Shown: positions 9,684 through 22,305, counted from the first letter of the stretch. The stretch: 44,011 nt of DNA from a candidate division FCPU426 bacterium (GCA_030637655.1 DAOWGI010000076.1:1-44011), one strand, 5' to 3'. Numbers and translations: made by a program. Notes: a model not told the origin generated them from the letters alone.

Positions 9684-10721
9684 ATGAAAATACTTGGTAT
9701 TGAAACATCCTGTGATGAAACGGCGGCAGCCATTGTAACGCAGGAACAACACGTGCTGGCTTCGATTGTGGCCTCACAAATGCATGTTCACGCGCCCTAC
9801 GGCGGAGTAGTTCCTGAACTGGCTTCGCGGCAGCATTTGCGGGATCTGCCCCGCGTAGTGGAAGAAGCATTTCAGCAGGCGGACTTGGGGTGGGATGACA
9901 TAGATGGAATTGCTGTGACCTATGCGCCGGGTTTGATGGGCGCCTTACTCGTGGGTTTGAGCTGGGCTAAGGCTGCGGCCTTTGCCGGACAGTTGCCCTT
10001 TATTGGTGTAAATCATCTGGAAGGACATCTTTTTGCCGCGGAATTGAACCAACCGCCTTTACCCTACCCCTTTTTGGGATTGGTAGCCTCCGGTGGACAT
10101 ACTTGTCTGTATTTAGTTCACTCGGGGGATCTGCCGGATTATGAATTGCTGGCCAAAACCCGTGACGACGCTGTGGGCGAAGCATTTGATAAAGTCGCGA
10201 AATTATTGGGATTGCCCTATCCCGGCGGACCGGCTATTGAAAGCGCAGCCAGTGCAAGTCAGCCTACGTCTCTAAAATTTACTGTGCCGCGCATGAAGGA
10301 CGGCTCCTTGGATTTTTCCTACTCTGGTTTAAAAACTGCAGTGCGCTATCTCCTGGAGACTCAAGCCAAGGAGGGGAAAACCTATTCTGCAGAGGAAATA
10401 GCTGCTGCTTTTCAAAAAACCATAGTTGATGACCTGGTGCGCAAAACCCTGCTTACTATGCAGGCGCATCCGGTAAAAGCTCTGGTTTTAACCGGCGGGG
10501 TGGCTGCCAATCGCCCTTTGCGTGAGCGGTTTACTGTGGCTGCTAAAGCTAAGAACCTTCCCTTTTTCTGTCCGCCCATTGCCTGGTGCACGGACAACGC
10601 GGCAATGATTGCCGCGGTGGGGGCCCGTTATCTTAAGGCCGGTAAGCGGTCAGATTGGAATTTGCCGGCCATTGCCAATGTAGAACTTATTCCAGCTACT
10701 CCATATGTGAAGTCGGCTTGA
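9684..10721 (+). CDS. tsaD: tRNA N6-adenosine threonylcarbamoyltransferase TsaD
   Basis: MKILGIETSCDET, GGVVPELASRQH, NHLEGH, SGGHT, DDAVGEAFDK, CTDNAAMIA; start at 9684. Confidence 0.97.
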   Translation: MKILGIETSCDETAAAIVTQEQHVLASIVASQMHVHAPYGGVVPELASRQHLRDLPRVVEEAFQQADLGWDDIDGIAVTYAPGLMGALLVGLSWAKAAAFAGQLPFIGVNHLEGHLFAAELNQPPLPYPFLGLVASGGHTCLYLVHSGDLPDYELLAKTRDDAVGEAFDKVAKLLGLPYPGGPAIESAASASQPTSLKFTVPRMKDGSLDFSYSGLKTAVRYLLETQAKEGKTYSAEEIAAAFQKTIVDDLVRKTLLTMQAHPVKALVLTGGVAANRPLRERFTVAAKAKNLPFFCPPIAWCTDNAAMIAAVGARYLKAGKRSDWNLPAIANVELIPATPYVKSA

Positions 10722-10722
10722 A

Positions 10723-11673
10723 ATGAAAATACAAGCTGTTATCCTGGACGGTAGGGCGATTCTGGCTCCATTGGCCGGCATCGGTAATCTGCCTTTTCGG
10801 CAGCTCTGTAGAAAATACGGTGCAGCCTTAGTGAGTTCTGAGATGGTGAGCTGTCATGGCCTGTTGCGAAGTCAACCGAATACTCTGCGCATGCTGTCCA
10901 CGGATCCGTCTGAACACCCGGTAGCCTTTCAGCTGTTCGGTGCAGATCCGGATATTATGGCAGCAGCCAGCCTCCATTTGGCAGCGGCCGGCGCAGATAT
11001 CGTGGACCTTAATTTTGGCTGTCCTGTGCCCAAGGTAGTGCGACATCGGGGCGGTTCAGCGCTACTCAAGGAACCGGAAATACTGCAGTCGATCGTCGAA
11101 CACTGTGTGAAAAAATGTCCGGTGCCGGTGACCGTAAAAATACGGGCCGGCTGGGATGCCAACCGGATCAATGCGACTGAGATTGCCAAACGGGTGGAAT
11201 CTGTTGGTGCTGCGGCGATTACAGTGCATGCCCGGACCCGGTCACAAAAATTTGAAGGACACGCGCAATGGAATATCATTCAGGCGGTGAAGAAAAGCGT
11301 GAATATTCCTGTGATCGGAAATGGTGATGTGATTTACGGAGCAGATGCCAAAGCTATGTTGGAAGAAACCGGATGTGATGCGGTGATGATAGGGCGCGGA
11401 GCTTTAGGCCGGCCCTGGGTTTTCCAACATATTAATCATTACTTGAGCACAGGCGAGACATTGCCAGAGCCGTCCCTGACAGACCGGGTGGAAATTATCC
11501 GGACACATTATGCGGGTCTAAAAAAACTCAAGGGTGAACGGACTGCTCGTTTGGAAATGCGCAAGCATACTGCCTGGTATTTGAAGGGCTTACCCAACAC
11601 AGCGGAAATCCGGCGGCAGGTGAATACCTGCGAGAGCGAACAGGAATATTTAAAAATTCTAGACCAGTTGTAG
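10723..11673 (+). CDS. dusB: tRNA-dihydrouridine synthase DusB
   Basis: LAPLAG, QLFG, DLNFGCP, VTVKIR, HARTR, IGNGDV, MIGRGALGRPW. Confidence 0.93.
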   Translation: MKIQAVILDGRAILAPLAGIGNLPFRQLCRKYGAALVSSEMVSCHGLLRSQPNTLRMLSTDPSEHPVAFQLFGADPDIMAAASLHLAAAGADIVDLNFGCPVPKVVRHRGGSALLKEPEILQSIVEHCVKKCPVPVTVKIRAGWDANRINATEIAKRVESVGAAAITVHARTRSQKFEGHAQWNIIQAVKKSVNIPVIGNGDVIYGADAKAMLEETGCDAVMIGRGALGRPWVFQHINHYLSTGETLPEPSLTDRVEIIRTHYAGLKKLKGERTARLEMRKHTAWYLKGLPNTAEIRRQVNTCESEQEYLKILDQL

Positions 11674-11820
11674 AGACGCGATTAATCGCGTCTCTACGTT
11701 CCTTGACAAGGCTATCTCAATTTGCTACCGTAGTAGAGACGCGGTTGATCTGGTAGAGACGCGGTTGATCTGGTAGAGACGCGATTGATCTTGTAGAGAC
11801 GCGATTGATCGCGTCTCTAC
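11670..11820. repeat. GTAG-REP palindrome plus a tandem array of four 20-bp REP half-units
   Basis: GTAGAGACGCGATTAATCGCGTCTCTAC at 11670-11697; GTAGAGACGCG(G/A)TTGATC units start at 11733, 11753, 11773 and 11793, the last closed as a full palindrome. Confidence 0.9.
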
Positions 11821-11842
11821 AATTAAATAAAAATAATAATTC

Positions 11843-12712
11843 ATGAGGATAATTTTGAATTCTAAAATTACCATTTTACAATTATCCGCTGTGTTGCTGG
11901 GATTGGTCTTGTTCGCCGGTTGTGCCACTATGGGAGGTCATTATCAGCAAGGGCAAGAACTACAGGCTGAAGGAAAAACCGATGAGGCGATTGCCGCCTA
12001 TTATCGGGCCATTGAGACAGAGCCCAACCGGGTGGATATCCATATCAGTCTTTCCGAAGCGCTCACTGTCAAGGGAATGAAAGACGCGGCTATTGAAGTG
12101 TTGGCTGAGATTCATAAAAAAAAATCGAATCACACCCAATTGACCCGCAAACTCGCCGATGCTTATTATCACAGAGGCAGAGAGTATCGTGATACCGGAA
12201 AAATAAGTGATGCCTATGAAGCCTGGAATAAAAGTCTGAAGTTGGCGCCAGATCATCCGGAAGCCACGGCTCAACTGGCAAAATTGTATTCTGATCAAGG
12301 GGAGGATGCCAAAGCTGAGCAGGAGTATCAACGTCTGACCCGGAACCGCCCGCAAGACAGCGAAGCCCACCGTGCTTTAGGATTGGTGTATTACAAGCAA
12401 GGCAAATACGATCAGTCGATTACTGAATTTCAACAGGTGCTAAGGCTCAATCCCAGCGATGCCAAAGTCTACAACAATCTGGGAAGTGTCTACTTAAAAA
12501 TAGGAAGGTTGGATGACGCGATTGCCGCTTTTGAGCAGGCCCTCAGTCTGGATCCGAGCTTGGCCATTGCGCACAACAATTGGGGGACCGCGTTTTTTAA
12601 ACAAGGACGGTATCTCAGAGCCAGGCAAGAGTGGGAATTGGCTTTGAAACTGGATAAAGACAATGAAATTACCAAACGTAATTTAAATACCTTAGCAACC
12701 CTGGGATATTAA
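11843..12712 (+). CDS. TPR-repeat lipoprotein
   Basis: Lipobox LFAGC; multiple TPRs (AHRALGLVYYKQGKYDQSITEFQQVLRLNP; YNNLGSVYLKIGRLDDAIAAFEQALSLDP). Confidence 0.88.
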   Translation: MRIILNSKITILQLSAVLLGLVLFAGCATMGGHYQQGQELQAEGKTDEAIAAYYRAIETEPNRVDIHISLSEALTVKGMKDAAIEVLAEIHKKKSNHTQLTRKLADAYYHRGREYRDTGKISDAYEAWNKSLKLAPDHPEATAQLAKLYSDQGEDAKAEQEYQRLTRNRPQDSEAHRALGLVYYKQGKYDQSITEFQQVLRLNPSDAKVYNNLGSVYLKIGRLDDAIAAFEQALSLDPSLAIAHNNWGTAFFKQGRYLRARQEWELALKLDKDNEITKRNLNTLATLGY

Positions 12713-12730
12713 GACGCAGGCTAGGACTAG

Positions 12731-12908
12731 TTAGTATCTTAGTTCTCAAATTCGTGTTTTTTATGGCAAGATTATTTCACCGCCGAGACGTAGAGATTGT
12801 TCTATGTAGAGACGCGATTAATCGCGTCTCTACGGTTTTTATCCCATCTTTCTCTGCGTATCTGCGGTGAATATCACTTTTTAGTTCCGGCTTGTCCGGG
12901 TTAGGAAT
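12731..12908. repeat. Composite intergenic element, copy 2, with nested palindromes
   Basis: Same ends as 9387-9680; contains CACCGCCGAGACGTAGAGA..TCTCTGCGTATCTGCGGTG enclosing the GTAG-REP at 12806-12833. Confidence 0.75.
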
Positions 12909-12921
12909 GTAGAGGTACGCA

Positions 12922-14202
12922 ATGACAGAAGAAAATAAAGCAGAGTCGAAAAAAGAGGGCGGGGCAGATCAACCGGCTGCCCGCAAACCCTATCGGCGTT
13001 ATCGCTCTTCCCGGTGGCATAAAAAACCGCAAAAACCGGCAAGCGCCAATCCGACAACTCCGGACACAACTCACAAAACTGAGACAACCGAATCCAACAG
13101 TCACACCCCAAGACCGCAGCTTCCGCAGGCACAACCGTCTACTCATGAAAAGCAGGCGGCTCAATCCGGGAGTGAAGCACCAACACCCTCGCCGCCACGG
13201 AAAACACACCAGCGGTCAGGACGCTATAGTTCCTATAGAAGGCGTTCCGGAACATCACAACCGAGAGTATCACCCTCGTTTGAGGCAGCGGAAGCAAGCT
13301 TATCAAAACTCGAATATGGTTTTACTACAGCGTTTATCGCTACTGAGGGTGCATTAGCAGAACAATTTACCGGCTCCTTGAGCACAGGCCTGAAAGGGCT
13401 GAAATTTCCGGGCATTGACGCATCCCGGATGAAAAAGCATTTGGTGCAGGCAATTCGGGAAAAGATGGATGAGCAGGGGAAAAGTAAAGTTGTGCTGGGA
13501 ATTTCCGGCGGTTTGGATTCTGCTGTGACGGCGGGTATTATCATCGAGGCTTTGGGTAGGGATAAGGTTAATTTGGTTCATTGCATAGAAGCGGATCGCA
13601 GTTCGTTGCTTCGCTCCCGGGCGGACGCGGTGGCTCAAGCATTGCGTTGTCCGTTGGAAATGACGGATTTACGGCCTATTCTGAAAGTTGTTTTTGTTGC
13701 CAAACCCAATGTCACTCCTGCTGCGCGTAAACGGCGTATTGCCCGGGAACGCATGGCAGCATTGCATGATATTGCCGGCGCGAAAGATGCCCTGGTCCTC
13801 GGCAGTCTAAATAAAACCAAATCCATTCTGGGGTTTGGAACCGAGCACGGAGATATGGCATATGTCTTTAATCCTTTGGGGGATTTGTATCAGAGCCAAG
13901 TGCTGGACCTGGCCCGATACCTTAAGATTCCCAGAAGTATTCTGGAGAACGTTTTACGTGTTTATGATCCGGACGGAAAACTCTGGGATCAGGATATTGA
14001 GCGCCTATGGAAAGAGCTTGATTACTACTTGTATCAGATCGTGGATGTGCGTATTTCCTTGGCGCATTTACAAAAATTAGGCATGCAGGAAGAGAAACTA
14101 TTCTGGATTTATCAGCGTATTCGTGATTCTGCGTTTCAGCGAGCGCAGCCCCCGGTGATCATAGCCGCAGATGTTTATATTCCACGTTTTGGTGAATTAT
14201 AG
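12922..14202 (+). CDS. Divergent NAD+ synthetase (NadE)-like protein with a long disordered N-terminus
   Basis: PP-loop VVLGISGGLDSAV, AR.RM..L, G..HGD...NPLGDLY; several catalytic motifs altered; about 125-aa Arg/Ser/Pro-rich extension. Confidence 0.8.
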   Translation: MTEENKAESKKEGGADQPAARKPYRRYRSSRWHKKPQKPASANPTTPDTTHKTETTESNSHTPRPQLPQAQPSTHEKQAAQSGSEAPTPSPPRKTHQRSGRYSSYRRRSGTSQPRVSPSFEAAEASLSKLEYGFTTAFIATEGALAEQFTGSLSTGLKGLKFPGIDASRMKKHLVQAIREKMDEQGKSKVVLGISGGLDSAVTAGIIIEALGRDKVNLVHCIEADRSSLLRSRADAVAQALRCPLEMTDLRPILKVVFVAKPNVTPAARKRRIARERMAALHDIAGAKDALVLGSLNKTKSILGFGTEHGDMAYVFNPLGDLYQSQVLDLARYLKIPRSILENVLRVYDPDGKLWDQDIERLWKELDYYLYQIVDVRISLAHLQKLGMQEEKLFWIYQRIRDSAFQRAQPPVIIAADVYIPRFGEL

Positions 14203-14214
14203 GAGGCAAGTAAT

Positions 14215-14691
14215 ATGGGTCGGAAACAGAAGTTGAAAAAAGAGCGGCTAATAAAAGTCCCGGCCGCAGCCAGGGCCGCAACACGAAAATCAACGGCCTG
14301 GTTATCCTGGCTGATTGGTAGTGTGGTTGTTGTCGGCTTGATAGTAATAGGCATGGTTGTTTTTGTACAGGCCAACAAGGCCCGGTTTATAAAGTTGAGC
14401 GTGCAATCGACTTGTGAAAAATTACAAAAAGACTTGTATCAAAAGCAGGCCAATTTTACCGGAGATGAAACCACGCGAATGCGTAAATTGCTGCAGCAGG
14501 CTGAGACCATGGCCAAAACCGACCAACCGCTGGCAGTGGAGGTGGGCGGTAACTTGATGTTTGTTTTAAAAGTAGTCGAAGAGGTGCTGCAAGACGGAAA
14601 ATTAAAAACCGGCGAATTGGATAAAATGGAGATGATCATACGTGAGTCACAGAAAATAAAACCAATACCGCCAAAGCCGAAGAACGAATAA
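14215..14691 (+). CDS. Hypothetical single-pass membrane protein
   Basis: RBS AGGAGG; basic N-terminus followed by a hydrophobic helix; operonic spacing. Confidence 0.75.
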   Translation: MGRKQKLKKERLIKVPAAARAATRKSTAWLSWLIGSVVVVGLIVIGMVVFVQANKARFIKLSVQSTCEKLQKDLYQKQANFTGDETTRMRKLLQQAETMAKTDQPLAVEVGGNLMFVLKVVEEVLQDGKLKTGELDKMEMIIRESQKIKPIPPKPKNE

Positions 14692-14695
14692 TTTT

Positions 14696-15616
14696 ATGAC
14701 TGCCCGTAAGTTTCGCAAGCATACCGGCCGGACCTTTTGCCCGCCGGATTCAGGGCTAAACACTGCGGAAGCAGAGAAAAAAGGCCGGGGTACGCTGAGC
14801 CTGGTGGCCACACCGATTGGTAATTTGGAAGATATCACCTTACGCGCCTTGCGGTGTCTCAAAGCGGCTGATCTGATTTTGGCGGAAGATACCCGGCATA
14901 CCCGAAAACTACTCACCCATTTTGATATCCATTGTCCCTTGCAGAGCTATTACCAAGAGGTGGAGAAGAAAAAGACACAAGAGTACCTACAGCTCTTGCT
15001 GGCTGGAAAACAGATAGCCCTGGTTACAGATGCCGGAACGCCCGGAGTTTCTGATCCAGGCGCCTATTTTGTCCAGCAAGCAAAAAAACACAACATTACC
15101 ATTGAGGTTTTACCCGGAGCCTCGGCAGTGCTGACTGCCTTACTGGGATCCGGCCTGCCTATGGATACCTTTGTCTTTTTAGGTTTTCCAGAGACCAAAT
15201 CCGGGGCCAGGCGGCGGAAACTGGAGAGAGTGAACTACTGGCAGGAAACGCTGGTTTTTTTCGTCTCACCCCATCGTTTGACAACAACATTGCAGGACAT
15301 GCTGGAGGTTTTTGGAGACCGGCAGGCGGTTTTATGCCGGGAAATGACGAAAATACATGAAGAATTCATCACCGGCCTATTTTCAGAGCTGATTGAGCGG
15401 GCCCAAGGTTTTACCCGGGGCGAATATACACTGGTGGTAGCCGGAACAGACCAGGAAGCGCCTGAAGTCGGTGAGAGCATCCATAGTGAGCTGGAGCGCC
15501 TCCAGGCCGAGGGTCTCGCGCTCAATCAAGCCATTGCCAGAGTGGCGCGCCGGAAGGGCATTCCCCGCTCTGAGGTGTATGCCCTGGCCCATGCCATAGA
15601 CAATAAGCCAAATTAA
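14696..15616 (+). CDS. rsmI: 16S rRNA C1402 2'-O-methyltransferase RsmI
   Basis: LVATPIGNLEDITLRAL, AEDTRHT, VTDAGTPGVSDPG, CREMTKIHEE. Confidence 0.96.
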   Translation: MTARKFRKHTGRTFCPPDSGLNTAEAEKKGRGTLSLVATPIGNLEDITLRALRCLKAADLILAEDTRHTRKLLTHFDIHCPLQSYYQEVEKKKTQEYLQLLLAGKQIALVTDAGTPGVSDPGAYFVQQAKKHNITIEVLPGASAVLTALLGSGLPMDTFVFLGFPETKSGARRRKLERVNYWQETLVFFVSPHRLTTTLQDMLEVFGDRQAVLCREMTKIHEEFITGLFSELIERAQGFTRGEYTLVVAGTDQEAPEVGESIHSELERLQAEGLALNQAIARVARRKGIPRSEVYALAHAIDNKPN

Positions 15617-15688
15617 AAAAAATCGTATTTAATCGTAGGGGACCGTTCCCTACAGACAAAAAGGCCGGGGGGGATTGTAGTACGGTAG

Positions 15689-15746
15689 TACGGGACGTAG
15701 AGAACTTTAGAAATCAGCTTAAGTTTAAAGTTATCTACGTCCCGTA
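15689..15746. repeat. GGGACG-type inverted repeat
   Basis: TACGGGACGTAGAGAACTTTA ... TAAAGTTATCTACGTCCCGTA (one mismatch). Confidence 0.8.
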
Positions 15747-15756
15747 TCTCTACACC

Positions 15757-16131
15757 ATTAAGAAAATTATTCAGCAGTATGAGCTTAAATACGCTTTTAA
15801 GCAGTTTTCCGGATTAACTATTGTGGATGAAAAAGGAACGGAATTGGCACATTACGATCAATCTGAGTTTAGAAGATTTATTACGGGTGATGAAGATTGC
15901 CCGGCAGGATTTGCCGAAATTGAGTGTGCCGCTTTTAGGAATATAGTCCAATGAAGATCATAGCATTCCACCGGCATGTTTGGATTATCTGATGGAACAC
16001 GCTGCTTCTGAAAGCAAGGAAAAGCACGTTTGATCAATTCCTGCCATGCCCTGACCCTGGACAACGAATATTTGCAGGTTGTTGAGTGGATCATTGCCTT
16101 TCTGCGGAAGTATTGGCCGGCCACCACCTAG
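15757..16131 (+). pseudogene. C-terminal remnant of an alpha/beta-hydrolase (carboxylesterase-like)
   Basis: Stitched frames read ...ELAHYDQ / LSLEDLLRVMKIARQDLPKLSVPLLGI*SNEDHSIPP...SESKEK / ARLINSCHALTLDNEYLQVVEWIIAFLRKYW. Catalytic Asp (EDH) and His (NSCH) contexts are present, with one stop, two frameshifts and no 5' half. Confidence 0.7.
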
Positions 16132-16166
16132 TAGAGACGCATGCTCATGCGTCTCTACTAGGTGGT
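16123..16166. repeat. Extended GTAG-REP palindrome
   Basis: ACCACCTAGTAGAGACGCATG-CT-CATGCGTCTCTACTAGGTGGT, perfect 21-bp arms. Confidence 0.88.
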
Positions 16167-16262
16167 ATGTTACTACACGTCTATGCGCTCTAATCTGATG
16201 TCAACATTTTGAATATTTTTTCTTGACTTTTTTTAAAAATCGAATATATTTGTCATTCGCCT

Positions 16263-16289
16263 TTAGCAGTCTCGGTCCGAGACTGCTAA
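16263..16289 (+). promoter_or_regulatory. CIRCE element (HrcA operator), variant
   Basis: TTAGCAGTC-N9-GACTGCTAA versus consensus TTAGCACTC-N9-GAGTGCTAA, between TTGACT..TATATT (16223-16250) and groES. Confidence 0.88.
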
Positions 16290-16329
16290 AGCATATTGCG
16301 AAACATATAAAAATAAGGAGGAAGAAATC

Positions 16330-16620
16330 ATGAAATTAAAGCCACTGGGTGATCGTGTCCTAGTGAAACCCGAGGAAGAAAAGGAAGCGAAAAAAGGCGG
16401 GATCATTATTCCTGACACAGCCAAAGAAAAACCCTTGATGGGAAAAGTCATTGCCGCCGGACCGGGCAAAGTGGATGACAAAGGCCAACGCATTGCCATG
16501 AACGTGAAAAAAGGCGATATGGTTATGTACGGAAAATATGCCGGCAATGAAGTGAAGATTGATGATGAAGAACTCATGATCATGAATGAAGACGATATTT
16601 TAGGAATTGTCGAAGAATAA
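16330..16620 (+). CDS. groES: Co-chaperonin GroES
   Basis: LKPLGDRVLV, GGIIIPDTAKEKP, KYAGNEVK. Confidence 0.98.
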   Translation: MKLKPLGDRVLVKPEEEKEAKKGGIIIPDTAKEKPLMGKVIAAGPGKVDDKGQRIAMNVKKGDMVMYGKYAGNEVKIDDEELMIMNEDDILGIVEE

Positions 16621-16651
16621 TATACAAATTTAATACCGAGAAGGAGGATGA

Positions 16652-18310
<1,659 letters not shown>

Positions 18311-18319
18311 TAGATAATT

Positions 18320-18422
18320 GTAGGGGCACAGCGCGCTGTGCCCCTACTGTATTAAATCGCATCTGTAGGGAACGGTCCCCCAACCGGAATGCATGTAGGG
18401 AACGGTCGCGACCGTTCCCTAC
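18320..18422. repeat. Cluster of GTAG-REP palindromes
   Basis: GTAGGGGCACAGCGCGCTGTGCCCCTAC (18320-18347), half copy at 18365, GTAGGGAACGGTCGCGACCGTTCCCTAC (18395-18422). Confidence 0.88.
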
Positions 18423-18546
18423 AGATGTTAATTGACAAAAACCCCCTTTATTTAAAGGATAATACCAAACCCTTTCCACTCCACCTGAGCTATTGACTTT
18501 TTTTATCCCTTCTGATAACATCTCGCTTTCACTAAAATTAACCTGA

Positions 18547-20049
<1,503 letters not shown>

Positions 20050-20090
20050 TTCTTGACGGGAAAATAGTCTGGTTGTGGTGTTTTTATTAT

Positions 20091-20169
20091 CAAGGGCGAC
20101 CCTGGGGGCCGCCCTTGTTGATTTTTATTAGAAATATTACTGTAGGGGCGTTTAATTAAACGCCCCTGC
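20091..20169. repeat. Hairpin and GTAG-REP between guaB and guaA
   Basis: CAAGGGCGACC..GGCCGCCCTTG (20091-20117); GTAGGGGCGTTTAATTAAACGCCCCTGC (20142-20169). Confidence 0.75.
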
Positions 20170-20183
20170 CAGGGAGTGAGATT

Positions 20184-21731
20184 GTGACACCAGCGCATGA
20201 AGATTTCATCTTGGTTTTGGATTTTGGATCACAGTACACACAGTTGATTGCGCGGCGCATACGTGAATTGAATATCTATTGTGAAATCCATCCCTACTGC
20301 CTGCCCTTGGAAAAAATTGCAGCCCGGATGCCAAAAGGAATTGTGCTCTCCGGCGGACCCGCTTCCGTCTATACTGAAGACGCGCCCATGATGGCAAAAG
20401 CGGTCATGGAATTGGGTGTTCCTATCTTGGGGATTTGTTATGGCATGCAGTTGATCGGCCATCTCTGGGACGGAAAAGTGGAACCATCCACGCAGCGGGA
20501 ATACGGATTTGCCGATCTTATGATTCAAGAGGATCAAACCCTTTTTGAGAATGTTGCCGGTCGTACCACGGTCTGGATGAGCCACGGTGACCGCCTGGAT
20601 AAATTGCCGCCGGGATTTAAGATAATTGGAAAAACCGAAAATGCTCCCATGGCAGCCATTGCCAATGAGGAAAAGAAAATATACGGCATTCAGTTTCATC
20701 CTGAGGTTGAGCATACTCGTGAAGGCCTGACAATACTTAAAAATTTTTTATACACTGTCTGCGGTTGTTTTGGCAGCTGGACACCAGCTTCTTTTGTAGA
20801 AGAAACCGTAGCACGAATTCGGGAGCAAGTCGGTAAAGGGAAGGTGCTCTGTGGACTTTCCGGCGGGGTGGATTCCGCCGTCGCGGCGGTATTGATACAT
20901 AAAGCAGTGGGAGATCAGTTGACCTGTATGCTGGTGGATAATGGCGTATTACGCGCCGGCGAGAAAGAGAAAATCGTTGAGATTTTTACTAAAAATTATG
21001 ATATTCACTTGGAAGTAGTGGACGCGGTTGCCGATTTTTTAGGAGTCTTAAAAAATATTTCCGATCCGGAAGAGAAGCGTAAACTGATTGGTAATAAATT
21101 TATTGATATTTTTGATAAACGCTCAAAAAAACTTGGGCAATTTGATTTTTTGGCCCAAGGAACTATTTATCCGGATGTGATTGAGAGTGTTTCCGTCAAA
21201 GGTCCGTCAGCCACGATTAAATCCCATCATAATGTGGGTGGGTTGCCGGAGGACATGCGTTTTGAGTTGGTTGAACCCTTGCGTGAGCTCTTCAAAGATG
21301 AGGTTCGCCGGGTTGGTATTGAATTGGGAATGCCTGCGGATATGGTATGGCGTCATCCTTTTCCCGGACCCGGGCTGGCCATACGTATTATCGGGGAGGT
21401 CACCCAAGAGCGACTGGAAGTAGTACGCAAAGCGGACGCTATATTGCTCGAAGAAATAAAAGCGTCCGGAAATTACCGGAAGCTATGGCAGGCCTTTGCT
21501 GTGTTGCTGCCGGTTAAATCCGTCGGTGTCATGGGAGATGAGCGCACCTATGAAAACGTGGTGGCTATTCGTGCTGTGACCAGTGTGGATGCCATGACCG
21601 CGGACTGGGCCTATCTTCCGCAGAAAGTGCTGGGACGAATTTCGAACCGGATTATCAATGAAGTGAAAGGCGTGAATCGTGTGGTTTTGGACATTTCATC
21701 CAAACCCCCGGCGACCATAGAATGGGAGTAG
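20184..21731 (+). CDS. guaA: GMP synthase (glutamine-hydrolysing)
   Basis: [50 protein letters not shown]. Confidence 0.98.
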   Translation: MTPAHEDFILVLDFGSQYTQLIARRIRELNIYCEIHPYCLPLEKIAARMPKGIVLSGGPASVYTEDAPMMAKAVMELGVPILGICYGMQLIGHLWDGKVEPSTQREYGFADLMIQEDQTLFENVAGRTTVWMSHGDRLDKLPPGFKIIGKTENAPMAAIANEEKKIYGIQFHPEVEHTREGLTILKNFLYTVCGCFGSWTPASFVEETVARIREQVGKGKVLCGLSGGVDSAVAAVLIHKAVGDQLTCMLVDNGVLRAGEKEKIVEIFTKNYDIHLEVVDAVADFLGVLKNISDPEEKRKLIGNKFIDIFDKRSKKLGQFDFLAQGTIYPDVIESVSVKGPSATIKSHHNVGGLPEDMRFELVEPLRELFKDEVRRVGIELGMPADMVWRHPFPGPGLAIRIIGEVTQERLEVVRKADAILLEEIKASGNYRKLWQAFAVLLPVKSVGVMGDERTYENVVAIRAVTSVDAMTADWAYLPQKVLGRISNRIINEVKGVNRVVLDISSKPPATIEWE

Positions 21732-21755
21732 GGGCGCGATTAATCGCGCCCCTAC
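21728..21755. repeat. GTAG-REP overlapping the guaA stop codon
   Basis: GTAGGGGCGCGATTAATCGCGCCCCTAC; its TAG is the guaA stop. Confidence 0.9.
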
Positions 21756-21777
21756 CGAATTGATTAATAGGTGATTC

Positions 21778-22221
21778 ATGAAAAAAGAGACAACCTCAGC
21801 TTGGAAAGTGTTTACCAAAGAAATAGCCATACATACCCATGGTCATGATCATATTCTGGATGTCACACCGGATGTGCAGAGTGTTTTGGAGCACAGTAGT
21901 ATAACCGCAGGGCAGGTGACGGTTTTTACCCCGGGAGCGACAGCTTCGGTGACCACTATTGAATATGAACCTGGCCTGGTAAAAGATATTCCTGAATTAT
22001 TAGAGGCCTTGATTCCATTCAAACGCGCGTGGCAGCACAATCAGACCTGGGGGGATGGCAATGGGGGTTCTCACATCCGGGCGGCGCTCATTGGCCCTTC
22101 GTTGACCATACCTGTAGTTGAGGGTGTTCTAACCCTGGGGACCTGGCAAAACATTGTGGTCATTGATCATGACACACGTGCAAGAAACCGCAGAATTGTG
22201 ATACAGGTAATAGGACATTAA
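21778..22221 (+). CDS. yjbQ: YjbQ / UPF0047 family protein
   Basis: TASVTTIE, GNGGSHIRAALIGPS, LGTWQ. Confidence 0.9.
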   Translation: MKKETTSAWKVFTKEIAIHTHGHDHILDVTPDVQSVLEHSSITAGQVTVFTPGATASVTTIEYEPGLVKDIPELLEALIPFKRAWQHNQTWGDGNGGSHIRAALIGPSLTIPVVEGVLTLGTWQNIVVIDHDTRARNRRIVIQVIGH

Positions 22222-22235
22222 TTTTTACTATACCT

Positions 22236-22305
22236 GTAGGGGCGCACTGAGTGCGCCCCTTTGAAAATCAATTTTGTGTAGGGGCGACCGGCCGGTCGCC
22301 CCTAC
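22236..22305. repeat. Two GTAG-REP palindromes
   Basis: GTAGGGGCGCACTGAGTGCGCCCCT (22236) and GTAGGGGCGACCGGCCGGTCGCCCCTAC (22278-22305). Confidence 0.88.

Noticed and set aside
11733-11820. Possible CRISPR array
   Set aside because: Units are head-to-tail 20-mers with no unique spacers, derive from the REP palindrome, and no cas genes are present
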